Source of the DNA: Psilocybe cubensis
Taxonomy: Eukaryota
Reading direction: 5' to 3'
DNA length: 64,000 nt
Assembly: GCA_017499595.2 (NCBI GenBank)
Contig: CM038998.1
Coordinates: forward strand, 3,720,001-3,784,000
Part shown: in pieces, positions 11,358 through 25,393 of the stretch
Layout: each line of letters starts with the position of its first letter
How positions within the stretch are numbered: position 1 is the first letter of the stretch
Notes under the pieces: model-generated
Seen by the model: the letters and a program-made list of their open reading frames with translations, nothing else
Told to the model about the DNA's origin: nothing
The model's database searches: none
Made by a program: the position numbers and the translations under genes

Positions 11358-12736
11358 TCATTTCCGAGATAGACGCTGTATCATCCGCCTTTCTTCGTCA
11401 GCTCGCCTTCTATTTTCCGTTCTGATGGCCTCCGTTGTAAGATCCAAAAGCGGTCGATTCTCCTCCTCGCCTAATTCCAAACCAGCATCTGGGTTTTTCA
11501 GTTTGAACCCAAGCCTGCGCTTGACTAAAGCCACATATCCCACCTCACTCAAGCTTCTCGAAACTTGGTCCATATGCCGACGCTTTGGGGTCATTGTTGC
11601 GATCACCCATGATGGCGGGGTGCCGCGTTTGCGTTTGAGCGCGTTTTTCGTCATTTCGCCCCGTCGCTCGCGCTCACGGGCTCTGGTGAGGTTGCGGTGC
11701 TTCTCGCGACGGGCTTCAAGGACTTGCTCCACAAGTTCTGTAGGGAATGGCATATTGGCTCTTTCATAATCACGAGTCTGACTGGCTTGAATTTCTGAGA
11801 TAGCCTCACGAATCGGTTGTTCTAGGGAGAACAAGAATTAAAACAATTTAACCTTGAGATACATGTTGTAATAGATGTACTTACGCCATTCGGATTGCGC
11901 TTCACCCGAAAAACATATGGGAAACGGAACAGAGACCATGCGCTGGAGTCCATCCTCGAATTCAGCCTCGATTCGCAAATCTTGAAGTTGCTCTTCAAAA
12001 CTGTCTCTCCGGAAATGGCGAAGTTCTCTCGCAGTTCGTCGTTTCACGAATATCATGGACGTGGCTTGGGGTTGAGGCATTAAGCGGGGAAGTGGGACAT
12101 TCAAAATGGACGGTCGAATGAATCCTCCAGTCATCTTGGGCTGATTGCGACGTTCAAGTTGCCAGTCCTGCAAAACATCTTTAGGATGATATTTATTAAG
12201 CTTCAGGGTGGAAGGAAATGACCATGCACCATTTCTTCAAGTAACAACCTCTTCATTTGGGACTTTTCCCTCTTCAGTAAAATCATATCAGAATACCTCA
12301 TCATAACACCCTGACGATAAGTGTCGCCTTCCATGGCTTTCTTGAAAAAATCTAGATACTAATGGTCCTGAATCAAGGAGAGTAGTAAAAGTATTTGCAT
12401 TAAAATACACGCACTTTGTAACCTTTCTCTAGTTGCTTCCGTGTTTCTTCCGGAGAAGTCAGATACCGATTCTGACGAAAAGCAAGCCGAACACGAAACT
12501 TGACCTTCGACGAAGGTGTTAGAAACAATAGAGAAGGCATATAGCTGAATCAAAACCTGTTCAGTGGGTGAATTCCGCAGAAGACCTCTATATAGTTCCC
12601 ATAGTGTTGGAATTCTATGGGCGGCCAGCCGAAAAAAAGGTGTTCTGGTTCGTACACGTCGCAGAGGGGATACTAGATTGGCCAAATTGGCGCGAAAAGC
12701 GGAGGATTCGGGGGTGAGCTGATAGGTTCCACTCAT
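11358..12736 (-). CDS. Conserved hypothetical protein with an LYR-like motif (multi-exon, possibly mitochondrial)
   Basis: Consecutive minus-strand coding segments with GT-AG introns. WELYRGLLR resembles the LYR motif, and the protein is basic. Confidence 0.6.
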
Positions 12737-13189
12737 CCGATGGGTATGTTGGTCTTTCTATCTCATTATACGCAAAGTGCTCTTCGTAGCGGTTGTTGAG
12801 CTCAATTGGTAGTGCTCGAGGTGGAAATCAATGACCAAAAACTAACTAGGCTTGTTGCCTTACTCAATCTCCCATCAGGAGAGATGACTAAGCACCTTGG
12901 TTTGACTTCGTCCGTTTTTCTTGCCTTTGCAACGGAACTGGGTTGGAACCTGGTTGGAACTGGCAACAACTTACCTGCAAAAAATTGGCCGCTATGGCTG
13001 AAGTTGAAATGTATCTTAGTTACTCTTGCGAAAGCTCGAATACCTTCATTTGACAAAAATCGTCTTCTGCGACACCCTTGTTCGAAATAAAAATCATAAT
13101 GTCATTCAATTGAGTCGTGTATACCCTACTTGGTTCTTCAGGCTCGAATTTCAAAGCAAATAGAAATCAAGGTCATAGATCTAATAGCG

Positions 13190-15340
13190 CTAATTCTCAG
13201 CTGCAACTGCTACCCTCCTCTCCCGAGGCACTTGCGAAGGGTCAAGAATCCTTCCGGAATCATCCATGCGGAGGCTGTTGAAAATATATCGCATCAGTGC
13301 TGTGGTCCGTACTTAACATAAAAAGTACGTACAGAGTCTCGTCTGCGAGCTCAGTGTGGTCTTTGACTCGAAGGTGAATCATGGGGAGAGCAAAGACAAG
13401 TCCGGCCACGAGGAGCACCCAGGTGGAGATGAACATGTTCATGAAGCTTTTTTTAAACCATTAGCATGCAGAGGAGACAAAAAAATGTCTGGTCATCTTA
13501 CGGAGTCTTCACAGCATCAGCTCTCCATGATCCAGCACCTCCTGCAGACTGAATGGATTTGTCTAGATAGATCCATGAAGCGATCAGTAATCTGACATGC
13601 AGAGGATTGATACAAAAGACATACAGAATCCAGCGAAGTATGCCAATTTGGCAGGGTCATTGGACATGGCACCCATAATCCAGTAGGCAGTGGTCTGCCA
13701 CATAGCGTCGAGAAGACCACAGAAAATATAGAGGAAGATTCGTCCAACGTAACCATGGTCGAAGATATCCATCTTGTTTGTAGAGTCAGGTGGAAGGCTT
13801 TCTCTGGTGTATTGCCTGCAGAGAGAAGTCTAAGGCAACGAGTAAATGATATATGTGAGCAGGTCTTACTTTTGATAGAAGTATGCCCAAATGTGCACAA
13901 TAAACGTCATCAAGAAAAGAATAACCCATCCTGAAAAGGCGCGAGTGCGTCGAGAAAGAATTTTTTGATCAAGAAGGGTACCAATAGCAAGCGATCCGAC
14001 AATTTGAGCAAGCCAGTAGACCAAGTTATTGAGAGAGCGGGCTCGGATGTTGAAGAAAGCATTATTGAAGTCATTGAATTCTAATAACCAGGTAAACAAC
14101 GTGGTCAGTGGTCAACCAATATAAGACAAAATAATGCTAAAAACTAACGCCACGCGTAGAACCAATTCGATGCGAAGAACATGGGGAAGAGCAGAATGAT
14201 CATCGGGTCTTTCACCAGAGTCATCCATAGTCCGTAAATCTCGGTCTTCCACGATGGGTGACGGGGAGTGGTTACTTTTGTCCCGTCGGTGCGGATCATG
14301 TTTTCGGGATTGACCATAAAGAGGGGAATACAGACACCAATCAAGGTAAGAATAAGGAATCCGATCTGTGAGAAACCCTTTAATTAGGAAACAAGAACTG
14401 GTGGTGGATGAAGATAATTTATTACTCACGTATGTGCCATTTCCAACTGGAATTGATTCTGGCGTTAGTTTTCTGTTATAAAACCAGAAAGATAAGCAGC
14501 CTACCGGAGTTAGACTGCAGATCATTTTTAGTTTAGTTCATACCACTGAATAGATTTCATAACGGAGAATACACACCGTGGAATGGAAATTCTGGCCAAG
14601 AGACACAGCTGCGCCAACAACAGCGCCTACGTTGAAGATGGCCCAAAATATACCAATAAATTTGCCCTTCTGGCTCTCAGTCGCGTAGGCCATCATCAGG
14701 GACCCTTGAGCAGTCCACAACAGTCCTGCACAAATGCCCAGAATAGCACCTGCCGTAATCACGAACGCGCCTGCATGTGGGTGGATGTTCATTGCCCTAG
14801 AGGCTACAGTCAACAACTTTGGCTATGGATGGATGTGAATCTTGTGAATCCCACTAACAAAAACGCTCCGATGTAGAGTGAATAACCAGTGGTGCCGAGT
14901 AAGAGGGTAATACGAGAGCCAAGAATGTTATTGACGGTGCTGTATGGGTTGAACGCATCAGATCATCCTAAAATTTTGCATGGCAACAGGCTGATTGATC
15001 CTACCCAGAGAAGAAGGCTCCTGCGGCAAAAGTAGCATACAATGTCGCATTCGCGTTAGCACTGGTTGTAGCATCGACTTGCCCTCCTGCGCCGAGACCG
15101 TTCAGAGCATTAAACAATCCTATTAGACAGTCATTAAATTTTATATAATCCATATGAAAAATAAAGCATACCTGGACCCATGAAGCAGACAAAGCCTAAC
15201 ATAACGACTTGGGTCACTGGATGGTGATAGAATCCTTTGATTCCAGTGGGGCGTTCAAAGACAGCCACTCCTCGCTGAGAGCCATCGTCGCTGCTGCCAC
15301 TGTTGTAGCCCGACTTTTCATGGTTATCGAGGCCTGACAT
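13190..15340 (-). CDS. MFS transporter, UNC93-like
   Basis: QVVMLGFVCFMGPG, FNALNGLGAGG, AGLLWTAQG, KGKFIGIFWAIFN and FNIRARSLN. Many TM segments and many introns. Confidence 0.9.
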
Positions 15341-18300
15341 GTTCGATAGGCCAGAGCAAAGAGGAGGGGAGGGGGGAGCGACCACGCGAGTCAAATTGCC
15401 CGCACATGAGCCGTATCTTAAAGCATGCTCGATGAAGGATATATTTGGAGTGGCCGGGCCCAGCTGACTCCAGAGAAGCGTGCATGGGAACACAGTTTGC
15501 TTCTGGACACGTTACAGATTAAATTGAGTAAGATGCAATTCTACATGCCATGGATATAAGTTTATGTATCCGAAGAGACAGGACGAGAGTCGAGTTGTGC
15601 GGTGGATTGATATTTTTGGCACCATTTTGATACAGTTTGCCATGGACCTCCAGATAGACTTGTCGGATGTATGAGGGCACCTGAATCTTCGTACCGTAAA
15701 CCATGGCAGTCGAGGACATCACCGATAAGACGGAATGATACCAGCCACAGGTTTCACTGCGAGATATGTTTTGATAAGTAACAGGGCCCTTCGAATAGAG
15801 CAGTGGAGCCAGAAAGGGTGTTGATCAGTGTGGTGAGCACATACTACATCTGCGCATAAATGTCCCATAGATACATCAGAACATTGATGGCATAAAGGTA
15901 GTGGCTTTGGTTTGACGTCGGAAGAGCGACACAAAAAGTACACAGTCAAAACTTGAGCCTCGTAGCCCAGCGTAGTTGTCCGATTTGGAGAACAATATCT
16001 GGATTTGTTGCTTGACCCGGATTCTTTGTGTCTTGCAGTGGGACATAGATGGATACTTTATGTTTCCAGGAAGTCAGACTATCCAATGACAGTGGTCGAT
16101 ATGGCTCCTTCAGATGCGAATAGCTAAGTGAACATGGTAGCGAACGGAAAGCGTGATGTCGTCCCGATAGCCGATTTCGGATATTTCCCGCGCCATCAAC
16201 GCAACAACAACTCGCCATGTTCTCAATCGATGGCCCCGGCTACCTTTTCCTCTTTCCGCATTGCTACCAGAGGCACTATCTTCAACAACCTACTTATCCT
16301 ATCATGTTCCATTATCAACAGGCGCTTTTGTTCACTATCATTCATCTGACATCGTCTTCTTCTTCTTCTTGAGGCTTGACCGCAGGTCGTGGCAGATCTC
16401 AACAACACTGGTTGTCCATTCTTTATCCACGAAGTACTTTCAGTAATGGTTAACGATCGTATCAAAACATGCCGCGTCACTTATCGGTCGCCGAAGGAAA
16501 GCTGAAGCTCGCGCGCATGTGTTTCCTGATTGAATGTACAAAGCCTCGTCGGGACATCACAGCTCGAGACGAACAATCTATTAAAAGTTAGCTGTCATCA
16601 CAAGATGGACGTTCAACCAAGATAAACATAGACGAATCACGCTGGGCGAACGAGTGCTCCTGCTAATCCATGAATCCTCTTCAGAATATTAGCGATGGTG
16701 TCAGATTAAGGTTCGTCATCATATTCTACACCTTTTACTACTCCTGTTATTGGAGGCCCTCATCCTTCATCCTTATCACTGAAGGTAGGTCAGAAAACTC
16801 CAGTCATGCAAATCGTATATATGGCCTACGGACATCATACCCGCTCCTTTTAACATTACTTATGGAGCTCCGTATCTCTTCTAATTATGGACTTTGACAT
16901 CTCGCAAAGGCGCGTAGCGGCACTAATGACCCAGCATTGAGAATGTTGTATTTGCTGGATCGCTATCATGATCATTTAGTTTTTGACCGGAGTTTCTCCG
17001 GGAATTTAATCACTATCATACTCTCAGTTGTCATAGAACGCTCACAAGGTGCGGTCTGCACAGTGCTCTCAATTTCAAGTGTGTATAAAAAGCTAAATGA
17101 TCTTCGTATAGCTCGGGTATCAAGGTTATGACCAGGGATGTTAAGCTCATCTCGTCATCCATCTTATCGAGGCCGCTGTGAATAGCCAACACTATCGGAC
17201 TTGTGCTGCATTCTTTGGATCTATCATTCATAAAAGCGCGTTTTCAACTGCCATCTCCAATCTCTGCTCAAAGTGAACTGTTACGAGGCTAGATAATCAG
17301 GAAACAACTCTTCACTATGATGCTATCGATTCTGATGGGCAAATCTTTGAATCCCAGTCTACCCCTGTTCATGGGCAATTTGCCTAGTCGCCGCTACCTC
17401 TTCCCCGTAAAAGATCGAGTCACATTAAATGGGACTTTGGTGCTGCAAAAGTGTACACCTTTCTGAAAGCCGTTCTGTATGGGTGTATCTCCCTCGGATG
17501 TCCCATCTTGCATTCATCTTCTGCGAATCACATCCACTGGATCAGTCGTGAAAGCGCATTTCGGATTTTACTGTTGAAATAAAAACCTTCTACTGTGTCA
17601 ATCGTTCATATGCAACGGGCGTCGAGACTTAATATGAACCACGATTTACAATATGTTCTGTATATCTCTCCGGTCTTATCTTTGGTTTATGATTTATCTT
17701 CTAGCGGACAATCTTTTTGGGTGGGCTGTCTCAATTTGCAGAATGTCATGGTGCAGTGTTCGCGATCAACTTAAGTCCTCAGATATCTGGGCTTGGGTCT
17801 CAGCGTGAGGCTTTGTCGATCAAACTCAAGCCATGGTCGAATCTTCGAAACAATGCAACCCACTCCAACTTCCGCACCTGGGTCTCCTTTACATAGGACG
17901 CAGTGTACGGAATACCATATCCCTCATTTCTCTATGAAACCAAATCTACAGGCTCTTTATACCTTTTCTGAGTGTCAGAACTACTGGAATAGGATCCCTT
18001 AACGCACCTAGTCTTCGCCACGTTGCGGCAATAAAAAAAAGGAAAACAATAGCATCCAACAGCCTGATTCCACTCAATCAAATACCTGCCGACAAAGAAA
18101 AGCCACTAGCCCAGCTATAATCAGCTCCCAGCTCTCGCAACCATCAGTTCTGATTACTGATCAGTACTTTCTGTGCCGTATTTTTAGCACGTCTCTCACG
18201 CGCGCCCACAACCTCGATTTGGAAGAACAACACCAGTCGGGGGGACAGCCCACCACCACGTCAGCAAGAACGGAACACATACAGCCCCTCGCTCACATAT

Positions 18301-18551
18301 CAAATCATTCCGCGTCACCGCACGATGACCCACAATGTCTTATGGGAGGACAATAACGCACCCAATTCTAGGATGTTAAATACCCAGGACTAGGCGGAAC
18401 GCTCCTCTGACTGGGGTCATTCTCCCACTTCCCGATGACTTGATTGAAGACCGATGGACATCATCTGACAGGATTTTCCTTTCCCCAGCTAAGATTGTAT
18501 TGTGTTGGCTTCAAAGTCAACTAGTTCGGTCATACTCTCTAGCGCGTCCAC

Positions 18552-19648
18552 TATGGCTGTCCGTTTGCACATTTAATACCAATCAATAAACTTTTTGTCC
18601 CATACTTAGAAGTCTTGGACTAAGTCTTCCGATAAGTATATCTTATGGTGTTCGAAGATAGAAAAATGGCTTCCAATCATAAAGATCCCATATCCACACA
18701 TTTGTATATTGCAACCTTTGGTACAACTTTGAGTACCATACATATAGTTTTGGAGCCCACATATATATATTAGAATCCCTTACATAGAAAACTCATGCCC
18801 TTTCATACATTTTTTGCTCCCCCACATATATCTACTGGTTCCGGCAATCTTAGATTTTACCTGTCGTCGTCCCGAAGATATACAGGCGATTTTCGGCATT
18901 TTTTATGCCGAGGCAAGCTTGCCTTCGTGCGAATTCGGCAAATCTCGGCAATCAGCCAGACGAATCACAGCACATTGCTGTTTTTTCACCTTGACACTGG
19001 CAGAGTAAGCACTGACAAAGTTTCAAATACTAACCGATTGTGAATGCTACAATGTAAGCTGAATACAGCATTATTTCGTGTTTTTTCTGAGCCAAGCGCT
19101 GTGATGACAGCTAGTAGCGGATGTGTTAAGCTTGGTTAAGGTTAAATACACCTGAAAATGAGGTTATAGGTAGTCAATCTATTCAGTGTCAGCTATACGC
19201 ACAGGTTTGGTGTTTCTTTTGTCAATCGTGAAATTTTAAATCCATATTGTGAACTTAAAACACTCGCCTAGCTGCTCCACGAGTAGCTATCCACCCCAAA
19301 GCGGGGTACAAACATAATTCCCACACGGATTCGGCAGTGACGGCACGCACGATGGTCATCTCAACAACTCTATATCTTTGGAAAAAATGTTAGATATATG
19401 GGGAGGTGGTTTCAAAGTATGGTATAAGATTTCCTACGTAGGGGATAGATGCATATATGTCCGTACCTTTCATTAAAGCTGAAGGTCCTGTACATACAAT
19501 GATTGGGATGATTTCCTCTATCTTCGGAAGCTATTTCTCTATGATTGGGACACCAATATATATAATCGGCATTGTGTAAAAATGTCCTTTATATGTATGG
19601 GACAAAAAGATTGATGATTGGTATTAAATGTGCAAACGGACAGCCATA
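18552..19648. mobile_element. Non-autonomous TIR DNA transposon (MITE-like), copy A
   Basis: TIR TATGGCTGTCCGTTTGCACATTTAATACCAATC at both ends, flanked by the 6-bp direct repeat GTCCAC. Length 1097 bp, with no transposase ORF. Confidence 0.92.
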
Positions 19649-22600
19649 GTCCACTCAATATCGACGTGAAAACAAAACCACCCTTACTGTCAGCTCTAAT
19701 CCTGTATCCCATGTTGGACGGATCGAGCGTTTATTGAAATCCGAAAAGAACACCAGCACATCAATTAAGTGGCTTGTCCTTGCCCGGGATCAGCGTGGTG
19801 GGAGCGTGGTGGGTACTAATAGACGATTAACAAATTAAGATGAATCCCATTCTCATCATGACAGCGTGTACAGACAAAGTTGGTGCTTTCGTGTTACCAT
19901 CTCATCGACATTCATTCATTGGTGAGTAGAACAATTACATCGAATCGCCGTCATCAGTTCTGAATCCGCCGCCTACCCAAATCTATCTTGCTCCCGAAGT
20001 CGACTTCGGAATAAACCCTGTACTCAAAACGACGGCTCCATCAATCCCTCTCAGCGTGAGAAGCCTACAGTCGTCATTCACCCAAAGTCCTCTCCGAACA
20101 CTGGTGGGTCGATAACCGTTGATCGTAGTATCGTACGTACCCATCCCCCCTCCTCCTTACCTTATGCACATGAACGAAAAAACACTCAAATCTACCAGGC
20201 ATTCTTCTAAAACATTCACTTCACTCCCCGCCTAGTCCCACATCCGGAGACACAGACAGGCCAAGCCCAGCCTAGCCACTCCACATATCCACCTTTCTTT
20301 TCCCTGCCAGCACCATTCCAACCATATCAACAACTTGACAAAACACCAGTACCCACCAGCCTCTCTCTCTCCTCAATGATCCATTGTTCTGTCTACCGCC
20401 CTCTATTCCGAATAACAAAAGACAAAAAGGCCAGAAAAAAAGAAGCAAAAAAAATCATAGAAGACGAAGAACCGCATGCAGTACACACACTGAGTCTCGG
20501 ATTTATGTACGCCACTCACGGACGCCCACAACTTCAATTATAGACACAATTAGCCACTTCGCACTACTTCCAAACTAGTACGCTTCAGTCTGTTTTTTTC
20601 GAAGACCTGCTGACTCGGACGTTCTATACCCAGGAACAAGGTATCCTCGTGCCATCTTCAAGCCACCTTCACTGGGTATAGACTTATTTTCACCACGAAC
20701 CTGAATTCGTCCGACTCCCGCAAACAAAAACAAAAAAAAAGAACATTGACACTCGCTGACATCTGACAACAACCTCCGCGCTCAAGCAGCAAGTACATCT
20801 AATCCATCAATCGATAAGGAATTCACTCAGCTCTGAGGTCCAATTTACTAACCACTCCCCGGCCCTCCGGCGATATTTATATCCCTGTGACCCAGTCACC
20901 CCGGATGTCAAGCAGCTCTCTTCCTCCACTTATCATCATCATGATCACGATCAAGGCCATCTTTAATCTATCCTATCTCCACGATCTTATTGTCTAGCTC
21001 GACTCAGTTAAGCGCTCGTCCAATACACTCCTTCCCATCCCTTACCTTCCCATCCCTTACCCGCTGCGCTGGGCTCGTAACAAAAAGCACTTGAATACAC
21101 ACCGAGGAAACGATAGGGATGACAGCCTAGGACGGAGAGCGATGAAACGAGTTCCTGGCCGTGTACTTGCATTGTTCCTCGAAAAGAACGAGAACGGGCA
21201 ATCGTAACTTGGAGAGGTCTAAACCTAAATCTGAACCTAAACTCGAACCTGAACAGTCCTGTTTCACGATAAAACCGGACATCTTATTTCCAGTCCGCCA
21301 GTGCTCAGTCAAACCTGGATTGAAAGCCATATGATACAGATATACGCGACACAGGATGATTATTTCAGTTCATCCTGGATATCCACGTGAACCGCACCCG
21401 AAACTCGAGAAGACACAGAATTTACAAGGCCGTCAAGACATGAACAATGGACAAGCGCAACGTCTCGTAATAATCCGACCATGCTTTAATTAAGCACCCT
21501 ACTGCACCCACCCACCGTGCGACACGCTCCATGCGCCATGCGGGCGCGGCCTCTCACTCTCACTCACACACACTCTAAGCTTAAGGACATCGACATCGAC
21601 ATCCGCCGGTAAGTACCAATGCCGGTTCTCCTAACAACCATCCCTCGTCGTCCTGACTCCCTCCTCCAACGCCTATTTCCATCCCAAAAAAATTCACACA
21701 GCCATCCCGATTTTAAATTAAACGGCTCCTACTATAAATTCGTGGATCCCTTCGTCATCTGCGCATCTGCGCCTCTGCCCCCTGCGACTCCGAAGTTGAA
21801 GCGTCATGACTCCGATATCAGAGTCCGACGACGTCATTTCTACTAAACTAAACTAATCTCAAGTCACATTTATATGAGCGGCCAGAAGCAAGTTACTGTC
21901 TGCGCAGATAGCACTCGTATCATATTCCCGTAAGATAGCGCGCGCCCGAGTTTGAAGCGCGCTCACGAAACCTACTACGACGGTAGACAGCACAGGGTTG
22001 AAGCATACATAGCCTACGTATACGTATGAAGTCAATTAACCTTCACTGAGAAATTCAAACGACAAATGTCATATCACAAACCATTGAACCCATCATAATC
22101 ACGCTCGATTCTCGAACCAAAATCTGTCAAGTCCCATCCATCCATCTTTCATCGAATCCACCCATCCATCAACGAAACCAACTAGGAATCATACCTCACG
22201 AACCCCACCAACCACCCCTTCCCCTCCCTTCCCTCTAGAAAGTACTGGAAGTCTGGAACTCCTAACATTAAACGTTAAACGTTCAGCCCAACGAATAAGC
22301 GCGTGAGAAAATCTGAGAAAATGACCCAAAATAACGTCATGCTTGAAGCTTGAAGCTTGGGCCTGAGGGCCTGGGCTTGGGCCTCACCTCCGACCTCACC
22401 CATACCGTCCTCCTGAGTCCTGAAGGCTCGGTGCCAAAAACCGCTATTCCTAGACTAAGCTGTATAGAAAGCGCGCTGCACAGTCGAGGCAGAAGCATAA
22501 TCCTACGAAGTATAAGCTTCGTCCATCCAGCCAGCTTTACCACAGCACGCAGCAAGCAAGCAAGCAATCAATGAATCAATCACACCCCTTATACACGAAA

Positions 22601-22952
22601 AAACCTCGTTCATTCTAAATAGGAGGAGGATTAAAACTTGAAATTACAACGACTGGGGTCCATCGAGGAAAAAGAGGAAAAAAATGGATGCTCTCATCAC
22701 ATATCGTATCATAAACACACTACAAATGACGAGATCTCAAAAAAAAAGGTGGTAGGGCGTTAGGTAGATGTATGATGTATGTATGCAATTTACGGCAAAC
22801 ACAAAAAGAGAATAAACGGAAGATCCCTCCCAAAAAACACGCGTCGTCGAAAGATGATGATGGCACACAAACACGCGGCTTACAGTCCCTGCTAGAGAAG
22901 AAAAAAAAATAGCAAAGATTTCAGCACCCAGCGACGGGCAATTTTTGGTCGT

Positions 22953-23740
22953 TTACTCCGAGTGGGAGGACTCGGGGTTGGTCGTCGCAGGAGCGGCGAC
23001 GCGACTCTGAGAGCTTACGTTGGCGAGCACGGGCTTGATAATGGTGAAGTACGCCGTTTGCGCACCCTGTTTACATATGGAGTAAAGAAAAAGATGTTAG
23101 CGAGTGTTCGGGATGTAGACATATCGCCAAAGCGACGGGATGAAAAAAGATCGGCGAACGACGTGGCACGCGAGGGTTATGTGGCATGCAACAAGAAGAG
23201 GAGGAGAGGAGGGAAGACATGGAGAATGTAAGCAAGAAAGTAGAGAGAGACATACGCGGAAAGCAGGGAGCTGGAGCCACACAATGAAGAGGGACTTGAA
23301 CGCGAAATACCAGGGAACGTAGTAGAGGACGAGGCGGAGGGCAAAGGACTCGAGGAAGTTGAAGAAGCCAAAGACGACCCAGTAGGTGAGCCACTGGACG
23401 TCATCGTGGGGCGAGGGCGACTCGATAGCCTTGAATGAGAGGTAAGCAGGGAGACCCCAGCCTACGAGATTGGAGATGGGTGCAGCGAGAGCATTGAAGC
23501 TGTGGAGGAAGACGATAAAGACGAGACCGCCGAGGACAGCGTAGGTCTTGGGCACCTGGGTGCGTTGCTCGAGATTGATGAGGACAGGATACTTGGTGAG
23601 CTGTATGGATGTGAGGGGTGGAGTGCGAAGAGAAAAGCAGCAGAACATACCTCCTTGTCGAGCTGGGCGTTGTAGTAGGCGGCCTTGTTCTGGGCCTGGA
23701 CGAAGAGAGGGTGCTGCTGTACTTTCTGAGCTGCGGACAT
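22953..23740 (-). CDS. YOP1: ER membrane-shaping protein Yop1 (TB2/DP1/HVA22 family)
   Basis: MSAAQKVQQHP start, PAYLSFKAIES, DDVQWLTYWVVFGFF, WLQLP and a final exon GAQTAYFTIIKP...HSE*. Confidence 0.93.
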
Positions 23741-23872
23741 GGTGGTGGTAGTGTAGTGGTGTTGAGAGAGAACGGCGGGGGCTGAAAAAGGGTTGATATG
23801 GATTGATGACACGTGTTTGTTTCACCCAGTACGTCAGCACCACCGCTGCAACACTCACTCCACCGTTAAACC

Positions 23873-24215
23873 ATGGACAACTACCAGCACGTCAGGGTAT
23901 GTTAATCTCTCCAATACTATTACATTTCTGATTAGAATACATAGGCTCTGCACCACTCTCTCCCCGCCTTTTCCCCAATAGTCCCCACCGCCCTCCTGCC
24001 TTTTGTCGCCGCCCTCTTTCTGCTTCCCACATTCGCTCTTGCCTTTTACTTTTCAACGTGCGTCCTTTCTTTTTCTGCATGGACTCGTCTCAACCATGTA
24101 CAGTCTTCCAAAAGACAAGCTTGCCCTCCGGGAACCCCTCGTCGCCCTCGCAGCAAGCACCCTTGGCGGCTTTGGCATCGTCGCCCTCTTCTGCTCCGTC
24201 GGCGTATACGTGTAA
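23873..24215 (+). CDS. OST5: Oligosaccharyltransferase small subunit Ost5/TMEM258-like (3 exons)
   Basis: Manual splicing gives MDNYQHVR/ALHHSLPAFSPIVP...LAFYFST/LPKDK...GGFGIVALFCSVGVYV*. It has two TM helices and the family C-terminal GVYV. Confidence 0.8.
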
Positions 24216-24216
24216 T

Positions 24217-24878
24217 CTAGTTGTTCACTCGCCATTTGTGCTGGCACCCGTTGCACTATCTCTGCCCGTCAGCGGCCACCCCATCCACACAAAATATACC
24301 ACTGTACCGTGTAGAATATTGTCGATCCCTCGTCCGCGCTCCGTAGCTGAACAATTCACAGTCGTTTCATTTTCAGTGTGTGTATCAATCAACCCTCTTA
24401 CCTGCATCTCCTTCGAGTACGCTTCCAGATGCCCGCACACCGGGCACTTTTCAGAGACCTGCGTAAGGCACATCCTCTTAGTAGCTGTGCAAACAGGAAC
24501 AGAATGGCGCGACCGACCAGAGTGCCCTTGTCTCCCGTATCATGGTGCTTTGTCTGTGTTTTCCGCTTCTGCCTCAGTGCTGAAGGGAACGCCTCCGGGT
24601 CTGATTTGGTGGTGATGATGACATTTTCGTATGCTAAGCCCAGCCCGCCGCCCCTGGTCGTCAACCCTTTGCCTAATCACACAAAAGCACAAGGTACGTA
24701 CAACTAGCCGGTTCCTCGTAGCTGCACTGCTCGCAGGTCACAATTTTCTCGCCGTCGCGCGGGAGTGAGAGCAGCGTGCCACAGTTGGGGCAGAACAGCA
24801 GCGAGCCTATACCTTGGTCAGTCTATCTATTTGCAGCCATAAAATCCGCTGACCGATTTTGTGTGCACGCGAAGCCAT
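24217..24878 (-). CDS. RPA12: RNA polymerase I subunit A12
   Basis: Spliced product MASRAHKIGSLLFCPNCGT...CEQC...EKCPVCGH...MQLRSADEGSTIFYT/CNGCQHKWRVNN*. It has two zinc ribbons and the TFIIS-like RSADEG motif. Confidence 0.93.
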
Positions 24879-25393
24879 GTTATGTTTTCTCCAGAAAACC
24901 GATCGAGCGAATCTCGACCAAAAGCGTTTTCGCGATCACGTGGAATGACGCCCGTGAGAGCGGGGAAAACAAAAGTGTGTCCCGATTAGGCAAGCGACAT
25001 ACAAAAGTACAAGGAGAGCTATTTTTGTGGGTCAGCGCCTACGGCGGCCATACAGAAGCCCTTGTTCTTATCTGATCTTTCTTGAGAAACAATAGGCGTG
25101 TTCCTAGCCCTTACGTCTTTTTGTCTCTCCGGACGCTCCCCGCTGATGTGACCCGGTTGTGGGTCCAGGCGGCTTCGTGCCCTTATAATACGGACCCAGT
25201 ATTGCCATGTTTTCCGCAGACCACGAGCTTGCTGTCCCCCCTTTGTCACCAGCTCTCCCCTCATCCCCTCCCTTCTTCATCTTTCATACACGCAGCGCGT
25301 GTTCTTCTACTTAACTGCGACCACGATCCACCAACGACCCACTTGATCCTCCCAACATACTAGAATCTGCACATAGCATACTACATCATCACA

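Noticed and set aside
15700-18500. Possible decayed gene between the MFS gene and MITE A
   Set aside because: Only short ORFs, with no motif I could recognise.
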